Below, piece after piece: positions 11,662 through 20,409 of a stretch of DNA of 64,000 bases. A model generated the notes under the pieces. The model was not told the origin of the DNA and made no database searches. It was given only the letters and a program-made list of their open reading frames with translations. The DNA lies in the NCBI GenBank assembly GCA_963776925.1, contig CAVZON010000002.1, positions 66,130 through 130,129 on the forward strand, in the 5' to 3' direction. Within the stretch, counting starts at the first letter, position 1. Every line of letters starts with the position of its first letter. This DNA is from an uncultured Chloroflexia bacterium (GTDB taxonomy: Bacteria > Chloroflexota > Limnocylindria > Limnocylindrales > CSP1-4). Made by a program: the position numbers and the translations under genes.

Positions 11662-11960
11662 GCCGATCAACAATAGCCGATGCTCACGGACATCAGCTTT
11701 TCGCGGTCACACGACCACTCTCGAGATCGCGCCCAAGACGCTAGCACAACGCTCGAACAGCTGATGAGTGTGCTGATGGCCGAGGGCGACGCGGCACGTA
11801 GCGGTCCTGAAAGCGCACAAGCGTTCCATCCTTCGATGCGACTGTCGTTCAGGTTTCAGCCACCTCGACCCTGGGCGGCGACCGAACTGCCTTCCACCAA
11901 CCATCGCTATGCGGGCGGAGTCATCCTCTGCACACGGCAGAGCGAGGGACTTCGACGATC

Positions 11961-12542
11961 GTGGATAGCGTCCTGGAGGCACCGGTGATCCGAACGGGCG
12001 AAACAGCGCTCGTGCAACGCGCCTGCAGAGGCGACCACGAGGCGTTCGCCGCCCTCGTCGACGCTCGGCTTGCGGCGACGTTCCGGACCGCACTAGCCAT
12101 CCTCGGCAATGAGAGCGACGCCCGCGATGCGACCCAGGAGATCTTTCTGCGGGCCTGGCGGAATCTGCCGGAGCTTCGCGAACCGGACCACTTCTCAGCC
12201 TGGTTCGGCCGGATCGTGGTCAATACCTGTCGCACCGCGATCCGCGGGCGCCGGCGTCGGATCGTCCGCGAGATCTCGGTCGGCGCGCTGCCCGACGACG
12301 GCGAGCAGTCGCCATCCCCGGCGAGCCCACACGACGACCGGACCGCCGACCTCGACGTGCTGGAGCGGGCGCTCGACCGCCTGTCGCTGGCCGATCGGAC
12401 GCTCCTGGTGCTCCATCACTTCGAGCACCTCTCGCTCGGCGAGATCGGCGAGCGGCTCGGCGTGCCGAGCAAGACCGTGAAATCCCGTCTCTTCAGTGCG
12501 CGTCGCTCGCTCGAGCGTGCGCTCGAGGTCGAACGACAATGA
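11961..12542 (+). CDS. ECF sigma factor, copy 2.
   Basis: Region 2 (DATQEIFLRAWRNLPELREPDHFSAWFGRIVVN) and region 4 (LVLHHFEHLSLGEIGERLGVPSKTVKSRLFSA). It is a paralog of the 5409 and 57712 sigmas. Confidence 0.85.
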   Translation: MDSVLEAPVIRTGETALVQRACRGDHEAFAALVDARLAATFRTALAILGNESDARDATQEIFLRAWRNLPELREPDHFSAWFGRIVVNTCRTAIRGRRRRIVREISVGALPDDGEQSPSPASPHDDRTADLDVLERALDRLSLADRTLLVLHHFEHLSLGEIGERLGVPSKTVKSRLFSARRSLERALEVERQ

Positions 12543-14032
12543 ACCGATCCGACTGGCTGATTGACGAACTGATTGAGGCCGCCTTCGAGCGACGCGCTGG
12601 GCGGGCCGATCCAGCCGACCTGCGCGACACCATCGTCGCCTTGAGCGCCGCATCGAGCCAACGCTCGCCGTGGCGGCCGCAGTTCAGGAGCACCATGTCG
12701 ACCTTTGTCCTTAGCCCGGCGTTGCTCAGGGGCGTTGTTGCGGCGACCGTCGTCGGCATGATCGCGGTCGGGGCCGCTTTCTTCGTTACGAGACCCGACC
12801 AGCCCGCGGTCGGCGGACCAAGCCCGACGCCCGGCGCGACGTCCAGCCCGAGCACGCTCTCCAGTCCATCGGCCGGCCCGAGCGCGGCTGTCGTTCCACC
12901 GAGGGCGCCAGCGTGGACCGCCACCGGGGCCATGGCCAAACCTCTCTTCGGCCACAAGGCCACGCTGCTGCCCGACGGCAGAGTGCTCGTCGTGGAGGAC
13001 GTCGTCGACCCGACCGGCCGCCTCATGCGCGCTGAGTTGTACGACCCGGGCACCGGGACATGGGCCTCCACCGCGAGCATGGTCGCGCCACGCTCCAGCT
13101 ACTCGGCCACGTCGTTGGCCGATGGCAAGGTGCTCGTGGCGGGAGGCGCCGATAACTCCGGCGCGCTGGCCTCCGCCGAGGTCTACGATCCGGTCAGGGG
13201 CATGTGGACTGCCACCGGGGCCATGGCCACCGCTCGCTACTATCACACGGCCACACTGCTACGCGATGGCAAGGTGCTCGTTGCGGGCGGCATCGTGGCG
13301 GGTGATGCTGCCGACGACCAGATGCCCCCCGGCGAGCTCTACGACCCGGCCAGCGGAAGCTGGACTGCCACCGGGCCCATGGCCGCCGATCGCTACCTCC
13401 ATACGGCCACGCTGCTACCGGATGGCAAGGTGCTCGTTGTGGGTGGCTTACAGGACGGGTCCCCGGACGGGCCGTTCGCTGAGCTCTATGACCCGCTCAG
13501 CGGGACATGGACGGCAGCCGGGAACATGGCCACCATGCGCTCCTCCCACACGGCGACGTTGCTGCCGAATGGCAAGGTGCTCGTGGCGGGCGGCTATATC
13601 CGCAGCACCCGGGAGCTTTGTGGGCAGCCGGCGGGCTCGCCGAGCGTCGACTGCATGAACCCGCTGGCCTCGGCCGAGCTGTACGACCCACAGACCGGGG
13701 CATGGAGCGCCCCCCAGGACATGGTCGCGCCACGCGCTGGGCACACGGCCACGCTGTTGCCGGATGGCAGGGTGCTCGTGGCCGGCGGCACAGGTAGCGC
13801 CGACACCAGCGCCAGTCGGTTACATGAACCGTTGGCATCCGTCGAGCTCTACGACCCGGCCAGCGGGAGCTGGAGCGCAACCTCGAGCATGGTCGCCTCG
13901 CGCGGCGGTCACACGGCCACGCTGCTGCCCGATGGCAGGGTGCTCGTGGCGGGCGGCATCGGGTTCAAGGTCCCGCCCGGCTCTGTTGATCTGGCATCCG
14001 CCGAGCTGTACGACCCGGGCAGCGGAAATTGA
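12539..14032 (+). CDS. Single-pass membrane protein with an anti-sigma-like N-terminus and a Kelch-repeat beta-propeller ectodomain.
   Basis: There is an ATGA overlap with the sigma gene, a TM helix (VVAATVVGMIAVGAAFFV) and a Pro/Ser linker. These are followed by 6-7 blades marked [AG]E[LV]YDPxxGxW..HTATLLPDG[KR]VLVAGG. Confidence 0.8.
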   Translation: MNRSDWLIDELIEAAFERRAGRADPADLRDTIVALSAASSQRSPWRPQFRSTMSTFVLSPALLRGVVAATVVGMIAVGAAFFVTRPDQPAVGGPSPTPGATSSPSTLSSPSAGPSAAVVPPRAPAWTATGAMAKPLFGHKATLLPDGRVLVVEDVVDPTGRLMRAELYDPGTGTWASTASMVAPRSSYSATSLADGKVLVAGGADNSGALASAEVYDPVRGMWTATGAMATARYYHTATLLRDGKVLVAGGIVAGDAADDQMPPGELYDPASGSWTATGPMAADRYLHTATLLPDGKVLVVGGLQDGSPDGPFAELYDPLSGTWTAAGNMATMRSSHTATLLPNGKVLVAGGYIRSTRELCGQPAGSPSVDCMNPLASAELYDPQTGAWSAPQDMVAPRAGHTATLLPDGRVLVAGGTGSADTSASRLHEPLASVELYDPASGSWSATSSMVASRGGHTATLLPDGRVLVAGGIGFKVPPGSVDLASAELYDPGSGN

Positions 14033-14226
14033 AGTTGCCCTGGTCGGCTATCGGGTTTGAGCCTCGTGGTAGCCGACTATCGGACCGAAACAAGGGGAGA
14101 GTCGTAAAAGCATTGATGCGGGCGAGGCTGAGTATGCCCACAGAGGCGGTGGAGCAGGCCACGGGAGGAACGCCTTCGCTGGCTCATGGTCGCGGTCGTC
14201 CTCTACTCGGCATGCTCGAGACCGCG

Positions 14227-14818
14227 ATGCGGACCGTCTGGCGGTTGCTGGTCCTGTCCCTCGCGCTCGTCGGCTGCTCGGCCGCGGCGACTCCATCCAC
14301 AAGCCCAACGCCCAGCGCAAACGCTGTCGTGGCGGCGTCAGCTTCACCTTCGGCCACGCAGCTCGCGTCACCGTCCACGGGTACGATCGCCAGTCCTCTC
14401 GAAGGACGCTGGGCGACCGGATCTATCCCGACCGCCGACATCAAGGCCTCGATGCTCGCGGCGGGCATCGAGGTGGGCGATGTAGATAGCTGGATCGCCG
14501 AGGTCGGCTCGCCGACCCGGTACTCCTTCCTGCTGGATTTCGCCGGCACGACCTTCACTCACTCAGAGGAGACCCCGGACATGGCGATGCAGGTCGGGGA
14601 GCTTGGAACGTTCGCGCTCTCCGGGAATCGAGCTGGTGCTTACGCCCGGCGAGCCGGGCAACATCGACACGTACACGTTTGAGGCGACCCTGGCGGGCGA
14701 CGAGCTTTCCCTTCGATGCATCGACTCGACCGAGCAGGGAACCACCGAGGACAAGGCGAAGCATCGGCGATACACCATCGCGTTCTACTGCACCGCCCCG
14801 TTCAGACGGCAGCCCTGA
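14227..14818 (+). pseudogene. Lipoprotein of unknown function with one frameshift near 14625.
   Basis: It has a signal peptide and lipobox (MRTVWRLLVLSLALVGCSAA). The C-terminal part (ELVLTPGEPGNIDTYTFEATLAGDELSLRCIDS..) is in ORF 14603..14818. Confidence 0.55.
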
Positions 14819-15091
14819 ACGTCCTCACTCAACACCGAGGCAAGCACCGGGGAGCGTCGTGAAGTCCAACCGAGCGTCCAGCTGTCATCCAAGGATCTCC
14901 CGAGGAGATGACTGTTGAACCACGCGTGGACCCGCCGATTCCCACCCAAGTCAGGGCATCTGGGTCGTCTCGGAGGCGATCGGCCCGCAGCGTCGGTCTA
15001 CGACGGTCATGGGTTGGAGCCGAATAGCTGATACGTGTGCCCGTTTGTATCGACCCCTCAAGCACGGTAGCACTGCGCAGAGGCCAGAGAC

Positions 15092-15128
15092 TTACGAAAC
15101 AGCTGCTCTACCGCTGAGCTATGTCGGC
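15092..15128. repeat. Direct repeat copy 2: an orphan 5' half of tRNA-Thr.
   Basis: Identical over 37 bp to 11625..11661. Beyond the anticodon-loop position the sequence diverges, with no anticodon-stem 3' strand and no T arm. Confidence 0.85.
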
Positions 15129-15243
15129 CGGAGCGCGAGTATAGGAGGCGATGCTCTCGATCAGGAGCTGTCCCACGCCCGAGGGTCGTGCGCCTCGGTG
15201 ACGGTCCGCAGCCTTCCGATGCGTCGTTGACGCAACCGGATAG

Positions 15244-15278
15244 TTGCTATACCGTGAGTAGCAACCACATGGTTGCTA
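15244..15278 (+). promoter_or_regulatory. Candidate ArsR-family operator made of overlapping palindromes: GTTGCTA-N9-TAGCAAC and TAGCAACCA-CA-TGGTTGCTA.
   Basis: Read at 15244-15278, 20-50 nt upstream of the SRPBCC-ArsR-DUF899 operon start (RBS AGGAGA, ATG 15297). Confidence 0.4.
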
Positions 15279-15296
15279 CTGCACAGGAGAAATGAC

Positions 15297-15734
15297 ATGG
15301 GCTTCCCCGATCGGATCGAGCGGACTGTCGAGATCGGCCATCCACCGGCCAGGGTGTGGGCCGCCCTGACCACTGCCGAAGGTCTCGGCACGTGGTTCGG
15401 GAATGCGGCGACGATCGAGCTGCGGCCGGGCGGCGCGGCCCAGATGACATGGACGAGCGGAGACAAGGCGTCCATGCGCATCGAACGGGTCGAAGCGCCG
15501 ACCGTGTTCGGCTTCACCTGGGGCATCTACGGCCTGCCGGACGACGATCCGCGCCGCACGTACGTCGAGTTCACGCTCGAGCCGACCGGCACAGGGACCC
15601 GGTTGACCGTCGTCGAATCGGGCTTCGCGCAACTGCCGGAGGACGGCTACCGCAAGGCGTTCGAGGGCAACACCGAGGGATGGGCCAGCGAGCTGGGCGA
15701 GCTGGTCGAGTACCTCGATGCCAACGCGGCCTGA
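15297..15734 (+). CDS. SRPBCC / AHSA1-like (START-fold) protein.
   Basis: Reads MGFPDRIERTVEIGHPPARVWAALTTAEGLGTWFG..FGFTW..VEFTLEPTGTGTRLTVVESGF.., a typical Aha1/BPI-like SRPBCC sequence found beside ArsR regulators. Confidence 0.75.
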   Translation: MGFPDRIERTVEIGHPPARVWAALTTAEGLGTWFGNAATIELRPGGAAQMTWTSGDKASMRIERVEAPTVFGFTWGIYGLPDDDPRRTYVEFTLEPTGTGTRLTVVESGFAQLPEDGYRKAFEGNTEGWASELGELVEYLDANAA

Positions 15735-16101
15735 TATCGAGGCCGTCGCGGAAGCGGTCTTCACCGCCCTGGCCGACCCGAGCCGCCGCGGGATCCTCGC
15801 GGCGCTCGCGGCAGGCGGGCCTGCCACGGCCACGGACCTGGCGACTCGCCTGCCCATCACCCGTCAGGCGATCGCCAAACACCTGGCCCTACTGGCCGAC
15901 GCCGGATTGGTAGCGGCCGAGGCAGGGGTGGGGCGTCGCGTGCGCTACCGGCTGCAGTCTGCCCCCATGCAGGTGGCGCAGCAGTTCCTGGCCGCACTGG
16001 CCCGGGACTGGGACCGCCAGTTCGATGCCCTGCAGGCACATCTCGACGCCGCCACGGGGGACCTGTCGGCGCGAAGCGATGAAGGAACGAGCGAGTCATG
16101 A
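15718..16101 (+). CDS. ArsR/SmtB-family transcriptional regulator.
   Basis: Winged HTH: FTALADPSRRGILAALAAGGPATATDLATRLPITRQAIAKHLALLADAGLV. Confidence 0.8.
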   Translation: MPTRPDIEAVAEAVFTALADPSRRGILAALAAGGPATATDLATRLPITRQAIAKHLALLADAGLVAAEAGVGRRVRYRLQSAPMQVAQQFLAALARDWDRQFDALQAHLDAATGDLSARSDEGTSES

Positions 16102-16904
16102 ACAACGACACCATGGGTACCTGGACCCGTCCTCCGGAGTGGCTGCCAGATCGACGGACCGGTACCGATCACCGGATCGGCACGCGAGAAGAATGGGCCG
16201 TCGCGCGCGAAGCGCTGCTCACTGCCGAGAAGGAGCACACGAAGCTGGGCGACGAGCTGGCGCGCCAGCGACGCGAGCTGCCATGGGTCCGCGTCGAGAA
16301 GGAGTACCGCCTCGACACGGACGACGGCCCACGCGCGCTCGCGGACCTCTTCGATGGTCGCAGTCAGTTGCTCGTCTACCACTTCATGTTCGGCCCGAGC
16401 TACGAGGCCGGCTGCCCCGTCAATTCGTCGATCGCCGACGGCATCAACGGCCTGATCCCCCACCTGAACGCCCGGGACGTGACGATGCTCTTGGTGTCGC
16501 AGGCTCCACTCGAGAAGCTGCAGGCATACAGGGCGCGCATGGGCTGGAGCGTTCCCTGGGCGTCGTCGGCCCGCAGCGAGTTCAACCTCGATCTCGGGTA
16601 CTCGAGCAGCGAGGAACAGACGCGCGAATGGGTCACGCAGAACCTCGGGTCCCTGCCGCCGATCGTCGGTGTCAACGCCAGCGCCAGCGGCACCGACGTC
16701 GTCGGATACCTGACGGAGAGCCCCGGCTTCAGCGCCTTCGTGCTGGACGGCGGTGCCATCTACCACAGCTATTCGACCGGGTGGCGTGGGCTCGAGTTCC
16801 TGATGGGCTACTACCCGATCCTGGATCGCGCGCCGAAAGGCCGCGACGAGGACGATGGGTTCCAGCTCTGGATCCGCCGCCACGACGAGTACGGCAGCCC
16901 GTGA
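16098..16904 (+). CDS. DUF899 thioredoxin-like family protein.
   Basis: Reads ..EWAVAREALLTAEKEHTKLGDELARQRRELPWVRVEKEYRL..LLVYHFMFGP..GCPVNSS..LVSQAPLEKLQAYRARMGW, characteristic of DUF899. Confidence 0.75.
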   Translation: MNNDTMGTWTRPPEWLPDRRTGTDHRIGTREEWAVAREALLTAEKEHTKLGDELARQRRELPWVRVEKEYRLDTDDGPRALADLFDGRSQLLVYHFMFGPSYEAGCPVNSSIADGINGLIPHLNARDVTMLLVSQAPLEKLQAYRARMGWSVPWASSARSEFNLDLGYSSSEEQTREWVTQNLGSLPPIVGVNASASGTDVVGYLTESPGFSAFVLDGGAIYHSYSTGWRGLEFLMGYYPILDRAPKGRDEDDGFQLWIRRHDEYGSP

Positions 16905-17088
16905 ACGGCTACCACGCAAGGAAAGGCCGCGATCAGCGGACTACGCGACGGATCAGCGGCTGCCTGCGCGACGCCCACTGACCGATGCCAACGACTGCTC
17001 TTCCGGCCGGCGACCACATGGGGTTCGAGGTGGTCGCCGAGGCGTTCGCCGCGACCCTGGATCGGGTGCTCCGGGAGCTCCCGGCCGC

Positions 17089-17591
17089 CTAGGTCGTGGC
17101 GTCCCGCGTCGCGTCGATCGGCAGGATGAACGCCATCGCGATGTAGACGACGATCAGGAGCCCGGCAGTCACGAGCGCGCCGAGGACGAAGATCGTGCGG
17201 ACCCAGTCGACGTCGATCTCGGAGTAGTCGGCGAGGCCGGTGCACACGCCGGCGATCTGCTGGCCCTCCTTGATCCGGCGGAGCCGGCGCCGCCGCGGGG
17301 CCGCCGGCGCGTGTCCGGCTGCCGGCTCGCGTCCCGTGTCGACCGTGCCGATCTGCCGGATGACCGCGTCGATGTCGGCGACGGTCAGGACCCGGTCCTC
17401 GGCGCCGAGCGCGGTCGCCAGCTTGGTGCCGATCGATCGCTCCAGGTCGTCGAGGACCTCGGCCCGATCCGGGTCGTCCTGCAGTCGGACGCTGCCTGGT
17501 CGAGATACTGCGTGAGCCGCCGGTACGGCGTCGTCGTCCAGCTGGAACCCTCGGGTCTGGCCGCCAGGCTGACCAGGGTGGTCTTGTTCAT
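17089..17591 (-). pseudogene. PspC-domain membrane protein, the downstream partner of PadR, with at least 1 frameshift near 17540.
   Basis: ATG (MNKTTLVSLAARPEG) overlaps the PadR stop (ATGA). The rest reads in another frame: ..LQDDPDRAEVLDDLERSIG..RLRRIKEGQQIAGVCTGLADYSEIDVDWVRTIFVLGALVTAGLLIVVYIAMAFILP (PspC motif). Confidence 0.65.
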
Positions 17592-17920
17592 GGTCGTGTC
17601 CCCAGTGCGTCGATGAGAGAGGTCAGGGAGGCCCAGTACGACCGGAACTCGGCGAGGTTGTCGCGTCCGGTCGACGTCAGGCGGTAGTACTTGCGCGGTG
17701 GCCCGGCTGCCGACTCGCGCCAGTCGTAGTCGAGCAGTCCCTCGCGCCGCATCCGGCTCAGGAGCGGGTAGAGCGTGCCTTCGCTGGTCGCGAAGTCGGT
17801 GTCGCCCAGGCGATCCAGGATGTCCGCCACGTAGACATCGCCGGTGGCGACGATGTCGAGGATGAGGAACTCCAGCAGCCCCTTGCGGAGCGGAGCGAGC
17901 TTGGATGCGTCCATGTTCAC
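17588..17920 (-). CDS. PadR-family transcriptional regulator.
   Basis: Reads LRKGLLEFLILDIVATGDVYVADILDRL..TSEGTLYPLLSRMRREGLLDYDW..PPRKYYRLTSTG. Confidence 0.85.
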   Translation of the reverse strand: MNMDASKLAPLRKGLLEFLILDIVATGDVYVADILDRLGDTDFATSEGTLYPLLSRMRREGLLDYDWRESAAGPPRKYYRLTSTGRDNLAEFRSYWASLTSLIDALGTRP

Positions 17921-17922
17921 CT

Positions 17923-17952
17923 GATGCTACCTTGTCGACGCAAGGTAGCATC
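17923..17952. promoter_or_regulatory. Perfect 12-6-12 palindrome, GATGCTACCTTG-TCGACG-CAAGGTAGCATC. It is a candidate PadR operator, a terminator hairpin, or both.
   Basis: Read directly. It lies 3 nt upstream of the padR start and just downstream of the HAD gene stop. Confidence 0.35.
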
Positions 17953-17995
17953 GCCGACGCTGCCCGTCAAGGGGCGATGGCGGTCGTGCGTCGGG

Positions 17996-18682
17996 TCAGC
18001 CCGAGAGGGCGACCTCCGCGAACGACGCCATCGACGGGAAGGTCGCATCCGGCGCGGCCTCGGCCGGCGGGGTCGCGCCGGCACCCGGTCGATCGTGGCG
18101 GCGGTCGATCCAGACCGACGACAGCCCCATCCGCTTCGCCGGTGCGTGGTCGTGGTACAGGCTCTGCGCGACGTGCAGGATGCGCTCGCTCGGGACGTCG
18201 ACGGTCGCGAGCAGCCGCTCGAAGTTTGCCGGTGACGGCTTGTACGAGCCGACCTGCTCGGCCGTGACGATCCAGTCGAAGCGGACCCCGAGCCGCTCGT
18301 TGGAGGCGGCGAACAGGTCGTCGTCGCAGTTGGTCAGGACGCCCAGCCGATAGCGGGTGGCGAGGAGGGCCAGGGCGGCCGTCGAGTCCGGGAACGCCGG
18401 CCAATCGGCGACCGAGCCGCCGAAGGTCGCAGCCTCTTCCTCGGTCGGGCGGAACCCGAGCTCGGCGCCGACCCCGCGCAGCGCCTCGGCCAGGAGGTCG
18501 CGGTAGCGCAGGTACGGACCGGCCTCGAGCCGTGCCTCATGCGCGGCGTAGCGCACGAGGAGGGCTTCGTCGTCGATGTGCACGTCGTGCGCCGCGAGCA
18601 CCGGAGCGAAGGCGCCGAGCAGGCCGGCCTCCCAGTCGATGAGCGTCCCGTAGCAGTCGAACGTCAGCGCGTCGAAGCGCAT
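17996..18682 (-). CDS. HAD-superfamily hydrolase (haloacid dehalogenase type II-like).
   Basis: Motif I (FDCYGTLIDWE), plus LTNCDDDLF and VGSYKPSPANF. The 228-aa ORF is intact. Confidence 0.8.
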   Translation of the reverse strand: MRFDALTFDCYGTLIDWEAGLLGAFAPVLAAHDVHIDDEALLVRYAAHEARLEAGPYLRYRDLLAEALRGVGAELGFRPTEEEAATFGGSVADWPAFPDSTAALALLATRYRLGVLTNCDDDLFAASNERLGVRFDWIVTAEQVGSYKPSPANFERLLATVDVPSERILHVAQSLYHDHAPAKRMGLSSVWIDRRHDRPGAGATPPAEAAPDATFPSMASFAEVALSG

Positions 18683-18748
18683 CGAAGTCGAGGGGCACGG
18701 GAACCTCCGGTAAGCCGTGGTCGAGACGGGTCTGCTAGCATCGCACGA

Positions 18749-18857
18749 CCGAGGGGGAGTACCCCGGGCCCCGGATGCATCGCGTCATCACGGTCGCTCA
18801 TTGCGACCCGCGTGCATCGGCCGAGCGCGCAGCGTCTCGGCTGGCGGAGACCTTCGG
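18749..18857 (+). ncRNA. Candidate yybP-ykoY (Mn2+) riboswitch aptamer in the TerC leader.
   Basis: The 5' CCGAGGGGGAGUACC and 3' GGCGGAGACCUUCGG resemble the conserved AAAGGGGAGUAGC ... AGCAAGACCUUUCC elements, and CCGAGG/CCUUCGG can form P1. A TerC/Alx gene follows, which is the classic context. Confidence 0.5.
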
Positions 18858-18892
18858 CGGCAGCTTCCTGCCGCGCCTTGAGGTCCGCACCC

Positions 18893-19858
18893 GTGCCCAT
18901 CGACACGATCCTCTGGATCGTCCTCGGCGTGACCATCGCCGTGGTCCTGACCCTGGACCTGCTCGTCTTCAACCGCGAGGCGCACGCCCCGTCGTTCAAG
19001 GAAGCGGCGCTGTTCAGCGCCTTCTACATCTCGCTCGGCCTGGCCTTCGGCGCCCTGGTGTTCCTGACCCGCGGCGTGGATGACGGCACGGCCTATCTCG
19101 CGGGCTACCTGCTCGAGCTCAGCCTGTCGGTCGACAACGTCTTCGTCTTCGCGCTGATCTTCACCGCGTTCGTCGTGCCCCTGAAGTTCCAGCATCGCGT
19201 GCTGTTCTACGGGATCCTCGGCGCGATCGTCTTCCGTGCGATCTTCATCGGCCTTGGCGCGGCGATCATCGAGCGCTTCAGCTGGGCGATCATCGTCTTC
19301 GGCGTGCTGCTGCTGTACACGGGCTACCGGATGTGGGCGCAGCGCAACGAGCACATGATCGACCCGACGAACAACGTGCTGCTGCGTCTGTTCCGCCGCT
19401 TCGTCCCGACGACCGACGGCTATCGCGGCCAGCGGTTCATCGTCCACGAGGGCGGTCGACGCCTGGCGACGCCGCTGATGGCCGTCCTCGTCGTCGTCGA
19501 GTCGAGCGACATCCTGTTCGCCATCGACTCGGTGCCGGCGATCTTCTCCGTGACGACCGACACGTTCCTCGTGTTCAGCTCGAACGCGTTCGCGATCCTC
19601 GGCCTGCGCTCGCTGTACTTCCTGCTGGCCGGCGCCGTCGACAAGTTCCGCTATCTCAAGCCGGGCCTGGCGGCCCTGCTCATCTTCGCCGGGCTGAAGA
19701 TCCTGCTCGCCGAGATCGCCCACATCCACATCCCGATCCCGCTGTCGCTGGGGATCATCGTGGGGATCCTGGTCGTGGCCATCGGTGGCTCCCTCGTCGC
19801 CGACCGATTGGCGCCCGCCGGAACCGATGGTGAGGCATCATCGTCGGGTCACCCATGA
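18893..19858 (+). CDS. TerC/Alx-family integral membrane protein.
   Basis: From GTG 18893: PIDTILWIVLGVTIAVVLTLDLLVF..YLLELSLSVDNVFVFALIF..ESSDILFAIDSVPAIFSVT..FSSNAFAILGLRSLYFLL. Confidence 0.85.
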   Translation: MPIDTILWIVLGVTIAVVLTLDLLVFNREAHAPSFKEAALFSAFYISLGLAFGALVFLTRGVDDGTAYLAGYLLELSLSVDNVFVFALIFTAFVVPLKFQHRVLFYGILGAIVFRAIFIGLGAAIIERFSWAIIVFGVLLLYTGYRMWAQRNEHMIDPTNNVLLRLFRRFVPTTDGYRGQRFIVHEGGRRLATPLMAVLVVVESSDILFAIDSVPAIFSVTTDTFLVFSSNAFAILGLRSLYFLLAGAVDKFRYLKPGLAALLIFAGLKILLAEIAHIHIPIPLSLGIIVGILVVAIGGSLVADRLAPAGTDGEASSSGHP

Positions 19859-20319
19859 CCAACCGACTCGCCGCCCCGCTCTCCCTCCTCGCCGTCGCCT
19901 TCCTGGCTGCCGGCTGCGCGGCGAGTGGCGGCGCCTCGGCCGGCGCGTCCGGGGCCCCCGCCTCGATCGACCCGGGCGCCAGCCCCGCGCCATCCTTCGA
20001 GCTCGTCGGACCGGTCACGACCCCGGAGCAGGCGTGGGCTGCCGTCGTCGCCGCCGAGCCGCGCTTCGCCGACGTCGAGCCGCTCGATCCGGACCTCATC
20101 GGCCAGTCCGCGTGGTACGAGGTGGAGCCGGCGTCGGGGGTCGGTGCGTACATCGTGACGATCACGATCGGCTGGGGCGATTGCCAGGCCGGGTGCATCG
20201 AGGAGCACACCTGGCAGTACGCCGTCGGCCCCGACGGGACGGTCACGCTGCAGTCGGAATCGGGCGACAGCGTCCCGCCGGACGCCTTCCCGGACGGGGC
20301 CACCAGCGACGCGTCCTAG
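19855..20319 (+). CDS. Lipoprotein of unknown function.
   Basis: Signal peptide and lipobox (LSLLAVAFLAAGCAAS) and a Cys pair (GWGDCQAGC). There is an ATGA overlap with the terC stop. Confidence 0.6.
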   Translation: MTNRLAAPLSLLAVAFLAAGCAASGGASAGASGAPASIDPGASPAPSFELVGPVTTPEQAWAAVVAAEPRFADVEPLDPDLIGQSAWYEVEPASGVGAYIVTITIGWGDCQAGCIEEHTWQYAVGPDGTVTLQSESGDSVPPDAFPDGATSDAS

Positions 20320-20409
20320 AGCGCTCGTGATCGTTCCGGTGCGGTCGGGCACCGTGGCGTGCGTCGCCGCCCATCGACGCTCGAACGGCGACGGCGTACG
20401 CTGCGGCCG

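Noticed and set aside
11662-15091. An active integrative mobile element, phage or ICE between the tRNA repeats.
   Set aside because: No integrase, excisionase, transposase or replication gene was recognised. The cargo is only a sigma/anti-sigma pair and a lipoprotein. I therefore report it as a repeat-bounded insert rather than a mobile_element feature.
15040-15128. A possible second tRNA-Thr gene.
   Set aside because: Only positions 1-37 are present. There is no complementary anticodon-stem strand, T arm or acceptor 3' strand downstream, so it cannot fold into a tRNA.
16905-17090. A tiny ORF (MGFEVVAEAFAATLDRVLRELPAA*) between the DUF899 and PspC genes.
   Set aside because: It is only 24 codons, with no RBS or motif. 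It may be a C-terminal gene remnant, but this cannot be supported.
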